A stretch of DNA of 55,954 nucleotides from a virus. Lineage: Duplodnaviria > Caudoviricetes. The translations under genes and the position numbers were made by a program. The notes below the pieces were generated by a model that was given only the letters and a program-made list of their open reading frames with translations, made no database searches and was not told the DNA's origin. Positions 1 to 9,667 of the stretch are shown in pieces; the stretch's first letter is position 1, and each line of letters starts with the position of its first letter. The stretch lies in IMG/VR virus record IMGVR_UViG_3300032261_000007, positions 1-55,954 of that record. One strand, given 5' to 3'.

Positions 1-1355
1 ATCGCGTCAGAGGCGGCGACAACCGTATGCGATCCAACCGTGGTATTGCGACTGGAATTGAAAGCAATACGACACGTACCCTGTGAGTTGTTCGCGCCCC
101 ATCCGTTCAATGCTAACGATGCGGCACTGGTGCTGTTCTGTAAGCCAGACGTATTAACGTCAATCCAACAACCGGAAATGCTGTTCAGACTCGTGCCGAT
201 AACGACCTTGCCGTCGGAGTTGATCTTAAGTCGAGTCTGCGGCGTACCGCTGCCGCTTGGCGAGACCTGCAACAATAGAATGCCAGAAACGCTGCCAGCG
301 GTTGGCGCGACATCGTTCTGAACGATGATCGCCGCCGCCTGTTGAAAAACCGGAGTAGCGCTCGCATCAACACCGTAAAAACTGAGTTGGCCTAATTGAG
401 CACCGCCGGAAATGGTCGTCATCGTGCCGATGGTAGTTCCCGCACTCTTATTAAATACGAGAACAGTTGGGTTGCTGCTGTTATCCCAACGATATAGCGA
501 CAGCGGGCCGTTCTGCGTCGTGCGATGCATCTCCACCAGATTTGCGCCAATACTGCCGCTGCCCGCGCCGCCGCTAAAAATGCTGTAGCCGTTATGATCG
601 AACCGCACGACTTCGTTATTGTCGGCGGTCGCCGACGACGTTTGAATCGACAGATAACCCGGCACGTGGCCCGTCGTCGGCGTCGCGTCAACGCCGATAT
701 AGAATCGCGCCGCGTTCTGGAAGCCGGTGCCGTCGGTGCCGCAAAACGTCAGTTGTGCGATACCCGAGCCGCTGGTCAGCGCGGTCATGGTGCCGATGGT
801 GGCACTGGCCGACATGCACATGAAGCAGCGAACTTCCGAGCCACCCCATCGGGTCAGCCCGAACGGTGCGGTGCCTGAGACATTGAGTGTCGGCGCATTG
901 TTTTGCGAACCTTGGCTGTAATAAGTGTAATTGCCGCCGAGCCAGAAATTGCCCGCGCCGTCGAGCCGCTGGCGTTCGGTCAGCGTGCCCGCCGTCATGG
1001 TCGAGAATCGCAAATCGAACGCTTCGGTGCCGGACGTGATGTTGGTCGATACGCAATCAATCGCACCGCCAATCTTGTAAGTCGGCGTGGCCGCGGTCTG
1101 GACTTCAAATTGCAGACCAGCACCAATGCCAATAGCGGGCGTGCCGGTAGTGCGATGCGAAAGGAAGGTGTTTCTGGTAACGGCGTTTGCCACGCTATTT
1201 GTGACGATTGACAGATATTGAAACTGCACGTTGCCGCTGGCATCGCGGTAAAACAGTTTGCCGTCAGCCTCGTTGATCGCGATCTGGCCAACCACCATTG
1301 ACGCGGGCGAGTTGCCCGTCGTGGTCGAATGCAGAATCTTGGTCGGGATCGTCAT
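1..1355 (-). CDS. Tail fibre protein, truncated by the window edge (absent from the ORF track)
   Basis: ATG at 1355 directly follows the stop of 1356..1796; frame read by hand stays open to position 1 (MTIPTKILHSTTTGNSPASMVVGQIAINEADGKLFY...). About 90-100 aa repeats of the type S.xTIGTMT...L.F.G.D...F..AA. Last gene of the tail module. Confidence 0.75.
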   Translation of the reverse strand, partial: MTIPTKILHSTTTGNSPASMVVGQIAINEADGKLFYRDASGNVQFQYLSIVTNSVANAVTRNTFLSHRTTGTPAIGIGAGLQFEVQTAATPTYKIGGAIDCVSTNITSGTEAFDLRFSTMTAGTLTERQRLDGAGNFWLGGNYTYYSQGSQNNAPTLNVSGTAPFGLTRWGGSEVRCFMCMSASATIGTMTALTSGSGIAQLTFCGTDGTGFQNAARFYIGVDATPTTGHVPGYLSIQTSSATADNNEVVRFDHNGYSIFSGGAGSGSIGANLVEMHRTTQNGPLSLYRWDNSSNPTVLVFNKSAGTTIGTMTTISGGAQLGQLSFYGVDASATPVFQQAAAIIVQNDVAPTAGSVSGILLLQVSPSGSGTPQTRLKINSDGKVVIGTSLNSISGCWIDVNTSGLQNSTSAASLALNGWGANNSQGTCRIAFNSSRNTTVGSHTVVAASDA

Positions 1356-1796
1356 CTAAAACCATCCGCCGTCAGTGGGGCCAATGCTCTCGAAACTGCC
1401 GCCATTGAAAAAAATCAGCGCTGTACAGCCCGCATCGACCGTCATTGACGCCACGCCATCAATCACCGTGCTGACTGGATTGATTATCACTTGACCGGAC
1501 ATATCGTTGTCGAAAATGTACCAATAGCCGGTGCCACTGAGAAACACTGGCAACGTCACCACGCATGTCGTTCCCAAAATAAACCGCAGCACACTCGACG
1601 TGTCGGTGTTCAGCACGGTGTAAGTCGACGTACTGATCACGGTGAGACCGTAAGCCGGATTGAGATTCGCGCCATTGAGTCCAGGCTGACCAGCGGGACC
1701 GGGCGGCCCCGCTGGCAACGCCTGACCGACCGCCAGCGCCGCGCCCGCAACGGTCTGAATCGCTGACGGCAATAGCGCGAATGACAGAATGGTCAT
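1356..1796 (-). CDS. Tail-fibre-associated protein with short collagen-like stretch
   Basis: GPPGPAGQPGLNG triplets followed by a beta-rich domain ending DGGWF; tightly coupled to neighbours. Confidence 0.6.
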   Translation of the reverse strand: MTILSFALLPSAIQTVAGAALAVGQALPAGPPGPAGQPGLNGANLNPAYGLTVISTSTYTVLNTDTSSVLRFILGTTCVVTLPVFLSGTGYWYIFDNDMSGQVIINPVSTVIDGVASMTVDAGCTALIFFNGGSFESIGPTDGGWF

Positions 1797-2461
1797 GCTT
1801 GCGGCACTTGCACGGTGAGAAGCGTAGCGTTGAACAACGAGGCATCGGAAATGCCGAACGCAATGGTCACAGCAGCGGGCACCTGCGGCATCATGTTGAC
1901 GACATGACCGTCCGCAATCGCGAGAATGTCCATGACATAAGCGCCGACCGGCACCGGCAATATCGCACCGGCTGGCACGTTGAAACCGAGCACGCCAGTC
2001 ACGCCGAAGTTAAGCATGGTCGAGTCGGCGGTCTGCGCGGTCAGAAAAATGCGTTCATCCGATATCGACTGCCGCAACGAGGCAATGAATGAGATACCGC
2101 TCAGATCGAGCGGTGCCGGATTAAACGTCAACGTCGCTTCCGGCGTCGAAGCCGTAGCCAAGATCGGACTGCCTGCCATACTGACACAGGTCAGCGTTGT
2201 CGTGCTTGGGATCGCGCCAACATAGCCGCCGCCGATCAATCCGGGCGTGGCCGATATTTGCATACCGGGCTGAATGCCCAAAGCACTCGGCACGCCGATC
2301 AAGTTGGAACTGGCCGTGAGAATACAGCCCTGCAGCGGGACCGGCGGGCCGAATCCCGGCTGGCTGAAATACATCGAGTCCAGCCAATCGCTGTTGTTCG
2401 GCACGAAGAACGACGTATTCGCGCCGTCGATCTTCGGCAGCGAGAGAATATTGGTTGCCAT
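1793..2461 (-). CDS. Tail/baseplate accessory protein
   Basis: 222 aa; PLDLSGISFIASLR...YVMDIL resembles BppU-like/adaptor domains; lies between fibre genes. Confidence 0.5.
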   Translation of the reverse strand: MATNILSLPKIDGANTSFFVPNNSDWLDSMYFSQPGFGPPVPLQGCILTASSNLIGVPSALGIQPGMQISATPGLIGGGYVGAIPSTTTLTCVSMAGSPILATASTPEATLTFNPAPLDLSGISFIASLRQSISDERIFLTAQTADSTMLNFGVTGVLGFNVPAGAILPVPVGAYVMDILAIADGHVVNMMPQVPAAVTIAFGISDASLFNATLLTVQVPQA

Positions 2462-4321
2462 CTAACAAATTCGCTTGACGACGCAAGTGCCGCTCAGAGT
2501 CGAGTTAGTGCCCCATGCGCCGCCACTCAACGGCTGACTGACGTCGATGGTGCCGAGTGACGTCCAAACCGTATTGTCCTGCCACGCCATGAAGCCAGCC
2601 GCCGGACCGCCCGCTAACGCGCTGTCGTATTTGATCGTCTTGGCAATCGTGTAAGTGGATATTGTCATGTGCATATAAAACGGCCCAATGTCGTTGAGCG
2701 TATCGGCTGGATTGCCCTGTGGTCCGTCAAACAAGTCAAACAAAAAGGCACCGGCTGGCGTGCCCCAATTGTTCGAGATTGGACTCTGATTCAGATAAGG
2801 CGGGTTGGGTATGATCGTCGGTCGCATATCCGAGTTGAGCACTTCCCATGTAACGATAACCGCGCCATAACTGGTGTTGTTTGCTTGCAAACGTAGGTCA
2901 GTGTTGCGCGAATTGCTGACTTGGACGTACAGCAACAGATCATAAAGACCCTGCACCGTCGCGATATGCAACGGCAGCGACGTTGCGTTAGTAAAGGTGA
3001 TGGTGATCTGATCGCCGACGGCCATTGCCATATCGCTCGCGGGTGGCGACGACAAATCGAAACTGTCGTATGGCCAGCGCGCATTGACCAACTGCCAATA
3101 GGTGCCGTCGTAGACAAAGAGGCAGATCACGCCAACGCGCAGATCACGCGGCTGCAAGGTCAGATTGTTGCGGCGAATAGTGGCTGGCGATGTGCCGTTG
3201 GCTTGCAGCGTAGCGCTGCCGGAATTGGTATAGGCGATCTGAACTTCGACGGTCAGCCCGGCGGCCAGCGACGTGATCGCGGGCGAGAACACGCCGTGCA
3301 CTGCGTTGATCGCGCCGGAATCGACCGCAAACGGAATGTTGATCGTATAGGTGTTATTGTTGGTCGTGGTCGAAGTGAAGCCGAAGAAGTTCAGCGTTTG
3401 CCACGCCGCGCCGTCCCACAACAGCGCCAGTATCTCGCCGGGATTGATGTCGCCCGAAGCCAGTTGCGCGCCGTTGGCGCGATGCACCGGCTGCGCGCCG
3501 AGACCGTTCAGATTGAACGTGACGTTGCCGGTGTTCTGAAAAGCGACGCGCACCAGCACGCCGGTCCCCGGCACCAATTGCGTGACCGGCGGATAGATCG
3601 TTGCCGCCATGGCGTTAAGCACGCCGTTATCGACGCAATAGGTCCACAGATTGGTCTGCACGTCGTTCGGCACCGACGGCAAGGTCGGGAAGAACGGCGC
3701 AAAGGTATTAAGAACGATATTCGCGCCAGTGATCGCGACCTGACCATTGACGACGGTGATGTAATACAACCCGGTGTAACCGGCATCCGGCGTTGGATTG
3801 ACTTGCGTCCCGGTCGGCGCTGGCGATCCGGCTTTGAGCGCAATCGTGCACTGCACTGACCGGATCGTGTATTGCGACATGCCGTCATTGCCGGGGCCGC
3901 TGTACGGCTGTGACGGGTTCGACGCATTGTAATAGGGCAGCACAGCGCTGCCGGTATCGACATCGGACAGGATTGCTTCGACCAAATAGACCTGACTGTA
4001 ACCGGGCGTGCTCGGCGGCGTGACCGTCAGCGTGACCGGATTAGCCAGAATGCCCTGCTTGACGATGTTGTGCGTGTCGGTGCCGAGATCGCTGTACGCG
4101 GTGGCATCGGTCATGTCCAACGTATAGATCGCACCATTGCCAACCACGACCTGCAGACTTGCGGGTACGGTGGGCGTGCACTGTAAATTATGCACTTCGG
4201 TGGTGGTGCCGAGAATGCCTTGCAACGCATAGCCAAGCCCGATCATCCCAAACTTGTTGGTGTTCAGAACGTCAGACGTCTGCGGCAGCGCCGCCGAATA
4301 GACGATGGCGCGATCTACCAT
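2462..4321 (-). CDS. Tail fibre protein (baseplate-proximal)
   Basis: Follows baseplate wedge genes; two tandem ~85-aa domains (YCVDNG..NTG..NGLG..WDG..WQ and FAVDSG..NSG..NGTS..YDG..WQ). Confidence 0.75.
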   Translation of the reverse strand: MVDRAIVYSAALPQTSDVLNTNKFGMIGLGYALQGILGTTTEVHNLQCTPTVPASLQVVVGNGAIYTLDMTDATAYSDLGTDTHNIVKQGILANPVTLTVTPPSTPGYSQVYLVEAILSDVDTGSAVLPYYNASNPSQPYSGPGNDGMSQYTIRSVQCTIALKAGSPAPTGTQVNPTPDAGYTGLYYITVVNGQVAITGANIVLNTFAPFFPTLPSVPNDVQTNLWTYCVDNGVLNAMAATIYPPVTQLVPGTGVLVRVAFQNTGNVTFNLNGLGAQPVHRANGAQLASGDINPGEILALLWDGAAWQTLNFFGFTSTTTNNNTYTINIPFAVDSGAINAVHGVFSPAITSLAAGLTVEVQIAYTNSGSATLQANGTSPATIRRNNLTLQPRDLRVGVICLFVYDGTYWQLVNARWPYDSFDLSSPPASDMAMAVGDQITITFTNATSLPLHIATVQGLYDLLLYVQVSNSRNTDLRLQANNTSYGAVIVTWEVLNSDMRPTIIPNPPYLNQSPISNNWGTPAGAFLFDLFDGPQGNPADTLNDIGPFYMHMTISTYTIAKTIKYDSALAGGPAAGFMAWQDNTVWTSLGTIDVSQPLSGGAWGTNSTLSGTCVVKRIC

Positions 4322-4336
4322 CTCAAAAATCCTCGT

Positions 4337-5164
4337 TTAAGGGCTTCGGTTCAGGTGGCGGCGCGGATTAAGCATTGTCGGAATGAATTTGCCGAGCCAA
4401 TGCGGGTTGGTTTCCAGCGCTTGGAATAGCGGCGTGGGCGGTCCTATCGATGCCAACAGCGCCGGTTGCGCGCCAAGCAACACTTCGGTGCCGATCTGTG
4501 TCCAGACAATCAGTCCGGTCGGCTTGTTGCGCACGATGGTATTGTAAATGTCCTGATCGGTGACGCCGATCTCGGGCGTCTCGGTGGCGATGTACTGGAT
4601 CGCACCAACACCGTAGCCGCCAAGCGTCGGTGTGCCACCCCAACCTTGGACATAGGGCACGCCGGTCGAGCGCAGCGCGGCGCGCGAGACCTTGAGAAAG
4701 ACCTGACCGGGAAGCTGGATCGAGCCCCAACCGCCCGCCCGGCCGTAAGCAAAATTGCCTTCGCCATAGCCGCCCGCATCGAACGGATTCCATGGCTCGA
4801 AAATAAACGGCGGCACGGTCAGCAACAGCGTCAACGCATTCATCATGCCCTTGCGCGTCACCCGTTCGGCAAGGATGGCGTTGGTGATCTGAATGCGGAA
4901 ATTAGTGTCGTCAGTGGTGCCGCCCGCACCGCGTAACAGCGTGCGGTTCAGAAAATCGTAGGCAATCAGATCGAGGAAAATGCCGCTAGCGGTGGCGATG
5001 CGACTTTGCTGGCGGATGAAAATCAGCCACTGGTACAGCCACGCCATGCTGTCGGCCAAGCCGCCGAGCACCGCGTCGCGCAGCGGTGCGCCCCACATAA
5101 ACCAGCGGCCGGGGATTAGCTGCCGGACCCGGTGGACGATGTCCTGTGAGTCGCCGGTCGCCAC
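4337..5164 (-). CDS. Baseplate wedge subunit (gpI-like position)
   Basis: Directly downstream of baseplate J; RIATASGIFLDLIAYDFL motif typical of wedge proteins. Confidence 0.65.
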   Translation of the reverse strand: MATGDSQDIVHRVRQLIPGRWFMWGAPLRDAVLGGLADSMAWLYQWLIFIRQQSRIATASGIFLDLIAYDFLNRTLLRGAGGTTDDTNFRIQITNAILAERVTRKGMMNALTLLLTVPPFIFEPWNPFDAGGYGEGNFAYGRAGGWGSIQLPGQVFLKVSRAALRSTGVPYVQGWGGTPTLGGYGVGAIQYIATETPEIGVTDQDIYNTIVRNKPTGLIVWTQIGTEVLLGAQPALLASIGPPTPLFQALETNPHWLGKFIPTMLNPRRHLNRSP

Positions 5165-5168
5165 GGCA

Positions 5169-6371
5169 TCAGTTCACTTCTGCGGTACGGCACTTGACCG
5201 TCGCATAGGCGATCGTGTTCTGGCCGTCCTGCGTCAGCCGCGATGTGGTGATTGACGCCATATCCGGCGTCTCGTCTAGAATTGGATGCCCGTTCAGCGT
5301 CACCGCAGTGACCTTGGTGACGCCCGCTTGCGAATAGGCGTAACCGGGCAGCATGGTGTATTCAAGATCATTGCCGAGCCCGAGCCCATCGATTTGCGTT
5401 GCGATATTAGCAGCGACCAAGGCAACCACATCGTTGTGCACGTAGGTCGCCGCAGTCGCAACATCCATCGCTACGCTGGCCCAAATGATCACGGGCGGGA
5501 ACACATCGAATTGCATGCCGAGCGGGCGCACCGCCTCACCGGCCGTGCGGATCGTCGCCAGAAAGCTTGGCGACGGATTACCACTGCCATCATCAGCAAT
5601 CACAAAGAAATAACCGGGCCGCCACGAGCCGTCGTAATTGTAACCCTCAGTCAAATTCCAAGTGACATTGGTCTCAGTACCCTCGATGGATGCCGCCAGC
5701 CCGTAATAATCGCCGCGCGCCAGCCCGAGAATGTAATCGCTGAACCGCTTCTTAAGCGCAGTATCGCTTTCAAAGTCGGTGCCGTTGGAATAGGCGCTGT
5801 TATTAACGACGGTATCGATGCCGGTCATCGTCGTCGCGATGATCGAGATCGCGCCCGCGGCGACATTCCCGGCCGACCCGGCCACGGTATTGACCACCGG
5901 CACGATCAGCGACGTGATCCACGGAGCCATGGTGTAGCCGGGCGGCGACGGCTGATAGGTCACATAGGTCGGATCGGCGGTCACCGTGAAGGTCTGTGAG
6001 CCGTCGTTGGTCAGCAGCGTCGCCCCAACCGGGACGAACAGCGCCGCCGGTCCCGCCGACAGCCGGGTGAAGGTAACCTGCCCGCTGGACGGCTGCGCCC
6101 CGAGCCGCGGCGATGTGGTGCCGGGCACCACCGGCATGAAGTCGGCCGTGAAGGTATCAACGTCATTGCCGGTCGATGTCGATAACCGGGTCGATGCCAG
6201 CAACGCCAGCATCATCGACTGAAACCACAGAAACACCGCGGCAAAGCCTTCGGCGATCGCCCGCAAGGTCGAGCCGATGGCGAAGTTAATCAGCTTTGCG
6301 GCACGGCCCTGAATCCCGGCGACTGTGTTCTCGACAATGGTCGCGAAGCTTTGTGTCGGCAACGTCGGCAT
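5169..6371 (-). CDS. Baseplate J/gp47 family protein
   Basis: GSTLRAIAE, GQVTFTR, GSAGNVAAGAI and GTDFESDTALKKRF motifs. Confidence 0.88.
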   Translation of the reverse strand: MPTLPTQSFATIVENTVAGIQGRAAKLINFAIGSTLRAIAEGFAAVFLWFQSMMLALLASTRLSTSTGNDVDTFTADFMPVVPGTTSPRLGAQPSSGQVTFTRLSAGPAALFVPVGATLLTNDGSQTFTVTADPTYVTYQPSPPGYTMAPWITSLIVPVVNTVAGSAGNVAAGAISIIATTMTGIDTVVNNSAYSNGTDFESDTALKKRFSDYILGLARGDYYGLAASIEGTETNVTWNLTEGYNYDGSWRPGYFFVIADDGSGNPSPSFLATIRTAGEAVRPLGMQFDVFPPVIIWASVAMDVATAATYVHNDVVALVAANIATQIDGLGLGNDLEYTMLPGYAYSQAGVTKVTAVTLNGHPILDETPDMASITTSRLTQDGQNTIAYATVKCRTAEVN

Positions 6372-6377
6372 GACGGC

Positions 6378-6746
6378 TCATGACGTAATGGTGAAGGATA
6401 CGGCAACGCCGGTCGCGGCATCCCAATAGTGGATGCCGATGCCGACGCTGTCGGGTTGGTTCGGCGAAGCGGCGACATTCAGTTGCGCAGGTGGGAACGG
6501 TGCCACCGCCGCTTCCAGCGCAAGTTGCGCAGCGCAGATCGCCTTGATGTCGTAGACCTGCCACGGATCGCCGATCTTTTGCGGCAGCCCGGCTCCGTAT
6601 TCGGGATGCCAGACATAGCCTTGCACCGCGGTGAACAGCCGCCGTTCCAGCCGCTGGCGCACTTCGTCGTCGCCATCGACCGTCAATAGATCGCCGGTCG
6701 AATCGGCTTGGAAGTCGGTGTGCCACTCGCACCAAATGTCAGGCAT
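6378..6746 (-). CDS. Baseplate wedge protein (gpW/gp25/gp46-like)
   Basis: GDLLTVDG..QRLERRLFT..YVWHPEYGAGL; sits between spike and J. Confidence 0.75.
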   Translation of the reverse strand: MPDIWCEWHTDFQADSTGDLLTVDGDDEVRQRLERRLFTAVQGYVWHPEYGAGLPQKIGDPWQVYDIKAICAAQLALEAAVAPFPPAQLNVAASPNQPDSVGIGIHYWDAATGVAVSFTITS

Positions 6747-6748
6747 GA

Positions 6749-7426
6749 TCAGTCATCAATATCACCTTCGACCGTCAGCCATGGCCACGTGGTGTTCTGC
6801 GCGTTGGTTGACCATGTCTTCGAGACATTGTCGGTGCGCTGGCCCTTGATCTGCACGGTGCGGTCTTTCTGGATAGTATCGGTCTTGTTGCGGCCAACCT
6901 GCGCGACTTGATCAGTGTCGGTCTGCGTGGTGATGGTGCCCTTGTTGTCGAGCGTCACCGTCACCTTCTTGGCATTCTTGGTCTGGTCTTGCTGGCCCTT
7001 CATCGGCGTGGTCTTGACGCCGGTTTTGAGCGTCAGCGAACCGTCCTTGTTGAAGCGGACCTGCTGCCCCCACTTCGTCCACATCACCATCTCGCCGGAC
7101 TCGACCCGCGGCGGCTTGTCCTCGTCGCTGTGCAGCCGCTGCACGATCTTGCCCGACTCGAAGTCATTCTCCTGATAGCGGACGATGACCTGATCGCCGG
7201 TCTCCTTGCCGTCGCCGGTTTCCAAGCCGACAGCAATGCCGTAGCCGTTGCCGTTATGGCCTTCCTCGATCGGCAGCCAATCGGTCTCAACGTCATCCGG
7301 TTTGAGCATGACCTTGGCGAGATGCGTATCCGGGTCGTAGCTGGTGACCAGCCCGTGGCGTTCGGAATAGCGCGCTGCCGCCCATCGCTCGATGCAACGA
7401 AAGATCACGTTCTCTAGCGTGTCCAT
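6749..7426 (-). CDS. Baseplate central spike (gpV-like)
   Basis: OB-fold signature GLVTSYDP..AKV..ETDWLP..GDQVIV, then a beta-strand C-terminus; start moved to MDTLEN at 7426. Confidence 0.78.
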   Translation of the reverse strand: MDTLENVIFRCIERWAAARYSERHGLVTSYDPDTHLAKVMLKPDDVETDWLPIEEGHNGNGYGIAVGLETGDGKETGDQVIVRYQENDFESGKIVQRLHSDEDKPPRVESGEMVMWTKWGQQVRFNKDGSLTLKTGVKTTPMKGQQDQTKNAKKVTVTLDNKGTITTQTDTDQVAQVGRNKTDTIQKDRTVQIKGQRTDNVSKTWSTNAQNTTWPWLTVEGDIDD

Positions 7427-7430
7427 TGTC

Positions 7431-8468
7431 TCACCATAACTCGGGTGCGCCGCCGCCACCGCCGCCGCCGCCGCCGGTCGAAGCCGTGATCGCCATGCGA
7501 TAGCCGGTCATGCCAAAATCATGATCGACTTGATCGATCGTGTAGCTGTCGTCGAAGCAGGTAGTACCGCTCAACGTCAGCCCTTGATGCACGTCGATAT
7601 TGACGTCGCCGACGCATTCGGCACGCACTTCACGCTGGTGCCGGTCGTGCTCGTGCGCCCGCGCCTGCGCCCACTGATCGGCCTGTTCCTGCTCCAAATG
7701 CTGGATGCGCTGGTGATAGGTGATGCCGCCGCTTGAGCCAAAGCTAGAATTTCCGGTGATTAGCTTTTTCTTCTTCGGATGCCATGACGGGACTTTGACC
7801 TGACCGCCCCGAGCAGCTTGCACGTTGATAATGACCTGCAGGTCGAGCGCGTCGGAAACGTCGTAAGGCGGCCCCATTTTCCAAAACACCGAATAGCCGC
7901 CGCCGGTCTGATCTTGAATCTGATAGATCAACGTGCCGAACCGATCGACAAAGAACCGCGCGCCGTCGTACTGCGCCAGCAGATGAATCACCGTGGCATA
8001 GCTGATGCCGTCCGTCAGCTTGACGAAGTCGTCCTTGATCTTCTTGCCCGCCATCAGCTTGCTAGCTTCGGCCTGACAGGGAATGCCGCAGCGTCCGGCC
8101 AGCGTCTGCGTGATTTGCGAGCCTTTCTGGTTCTTGAAGGTCTCCGAGCTTTTCTGCTCGTGCAGCTTGTAGCCGACGTCCTGCCCCCACAGATTGATGA
8201 TGCCGCCAAGATAATTGTAGGTGACTTTCAGGACCGAACCGGTGATCAATACGCCAGTGCCGGACACGTTCTGCGCCCATACTTCGGTGCTGTTCTCGGT
8301 GAGATCGCAGAAGGCGTGATAAGCGCCCGGATAGTTCATCGGGATATTGACGTTGAAGCTCGACTGCCCGCGGGTGGCGACCTGATGCACCGCGCCGTGC
8401 TCGATCGGCCAAGTCCCGTTGCAGCTTATCCACGCCCGATGCGGCGCAACTCCAAAGGAGATCGCCAC
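7431..8468 (-). CDS. Baseplate hub / late control D-like protein
   Basis: 345 aa between the LysM-like gene and the spike; C-terminal YTIDQVDHDFGMTGYRMAITA. Confidence 0.72.
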   Translation of the reverse strand: MAISFGVAPHRAWISCNGTWPIEHGAVHQVATRGQSSFNVNIPMNYPGAYHAFCDLTENSTEVWAQNVSGTGVLITGSVLKVTYNYLGGIINLWGQDVGYKLHEQKSSETFKNQKGSQITQTLAGRCGIPCQAEASKLMAGKKIKDDFVKLTDGISYATVIHLLAQYDGARFFVDRFGTLIYQIQDQTGGGYSVFWKMGPPYDVSDALDLQVIINVQAARGGQVKVPSWHPKKKKLITGNSSFGSSGGITYHQRIQHLEQEQADQWAQARAHEHDRHQREVRAECVGDVNIDVHQGLTLSGTTCFDDSYTIDQVDHDFGMTGYRMAITASTGGGGGGGGGAPELW

Positions 8469-8469
8469 G

Positions 8470-8694
8470 TCATAACCCCAAGATTCCGGTTGGTGTACCG
8501 CCGGGGATAGTTGGCGGGATCAAAAGGTCTTGCTGTGCCGTGATCCACGGGTCGGTCAACCCGTTCATCTTGGCGATCGGCACCCATTGCAACGCATCAC
8601 CGAACTCCGACATCGCAACATGGAATAGCGTCGTGAAGCTGACGCGATCAGTTTTCGCCGGGACAGTCGCGGCGATATAGCCAACGGTTGCCAT
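8470..8694 (-). CDS. LysM-like tail protein (gpX-like)
   Basis: TLFHVAMSEFGDALQWVPIAKMNGLTDP..LLIP pattern. Confidence 0.75.
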   Translation of the reverse strand: MATVGYIAATVPAKTDRVSFTTLFHVAMSEFGDALQWVPIAKMNGLTDPWITAQQDLLIPPTIPGGTPTGILGL

Positions 8695-8696
8695 GA

Positions 8697-9131
8697 TCAG
8701 AACCTGAAAGCACGCAAAGCGAGCAAGCGTTGAAATTTGCCCATGAACGACACGCCGGTCTCGGGCGGCGGCGGCGGCAGAACCGGCGCGAAGATTTGCG
8801 TCGGCGGCACTGTCGGCAGCGGCCCAAGCTGATCGAGATTAGCCGCGGCGCGACCGCACACACCGCGCAGCAGCGATAGGTTGGCTTGATCCTGCGCCGC
8901 ACCGACTAGCTCATTGATGCCGCTGATCATGCCTTCCGGTTGGGTCGGGGCGTCCCATGTATCGAGATCGTCGGCCGCGGCCGCGACGGCATTGTCGATC
9001 AGCACCACCAAGGCGGCCGCGTTCAACTGCAGCGCGGCAATGGTCGGGGCCGATGCTTGTTCAAGCGGTACGGCGGCTGCGACCTGCGCCTGCAGGCTGG
9101 TCAGCGCGGTCGTGACATTGGCCGGGATCAT
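8697..9131 (-). CDS. Tail module hypothetical protein
   Basis: Helical Ala-rich 144 aa; coupled to neighbours. Confidence 0.55.
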   Translation of the reverse strand: MIPANVTTALTSLQAQVAAAVPLEQASAPTIAALQLNAAALVVLIDNAVAAAADDLDTWDAPTQPEGMISGINELVGAAQDQANLSLLRGVCGRAAANLDQLGPLPTVPPTQIFAPVLPPPPPETGVSFMGKFQRLLALRAFRF

Positions 9132-9667
9132 TAGCCACCAACACCCGTAGTGCCGCCGGTCACGCCGCCCGGCGCACCCGGCACCGAACCTTCCGGTGTG
9201 CCTGACGGAGCAATCGTCTGCGCGCCGGTATTGAGATCATTCGTCACCAGATTGCTGGTCGAGCCCGGCGTGCCAACACCGCCGCCAACACCGCCGCCGC
9301 CGCCAAAACTCGGATTAGTGACCACAGTACAAGTGATCGCGTACTCGACCCACACCGGCAGCCGCCGCACCCGGTAGACAAAGTCTTGGATAATGACCGG
9401 CTTGAACTGGCCGCCCCATATCAATTGATAGACCAAGCCAGATGCCCGCATGGCGTCGAGCGCGAGGCACTTGGCATAGGCGGCGTTCTCAAAGAAATGG
9501 CCGCGCCATACCGCCTGCATCTCGTCGGGACCGAGCGTATCGATCACCCGCGATCCGCCGGGCAGCTTGTGCACCACCATAGCCTGCTGCCCGCCGCCGG
9601 ACATGACGTCGGGCGTCGAGTAGCCGGTAAAGGCGATGCCGCCTAGCATTAAGACGTCGGTGGCCAT
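9131..9667 (-). CDS. Tail tube initiator (gpU-like)
   Basis: After tape measure; GGQQAMVVHKLPGGSRVIDTLGPD..WRG; start moved to MATDVL, overlapping the TMP stop. Confidence 0.68.
   Translation of the reverse strand: MATDVLMLGGIAFTGYSTPDVMSGGGQQAMVVHKLPGGSRVIDTLGPDEMQAVWRGHFFENAAYAKCLALDAMRASGLVYQLIWGGQFKPVIIQDFVYRVRRLPVWVEYAITCTVVTNPSFGGGGGVGGGVGTPGSTSNLVTNDLNTGAQTIAPSGTPEGSVPGAPGGVTGGTTGVGG

Noticed and set aside
1-4321. Diversity-generating retroelement or invertase system acting on tail fibres
   Set aside because: No reverse transcriptase, recombinase or near-identical template/variable repeat pair seen in the window.
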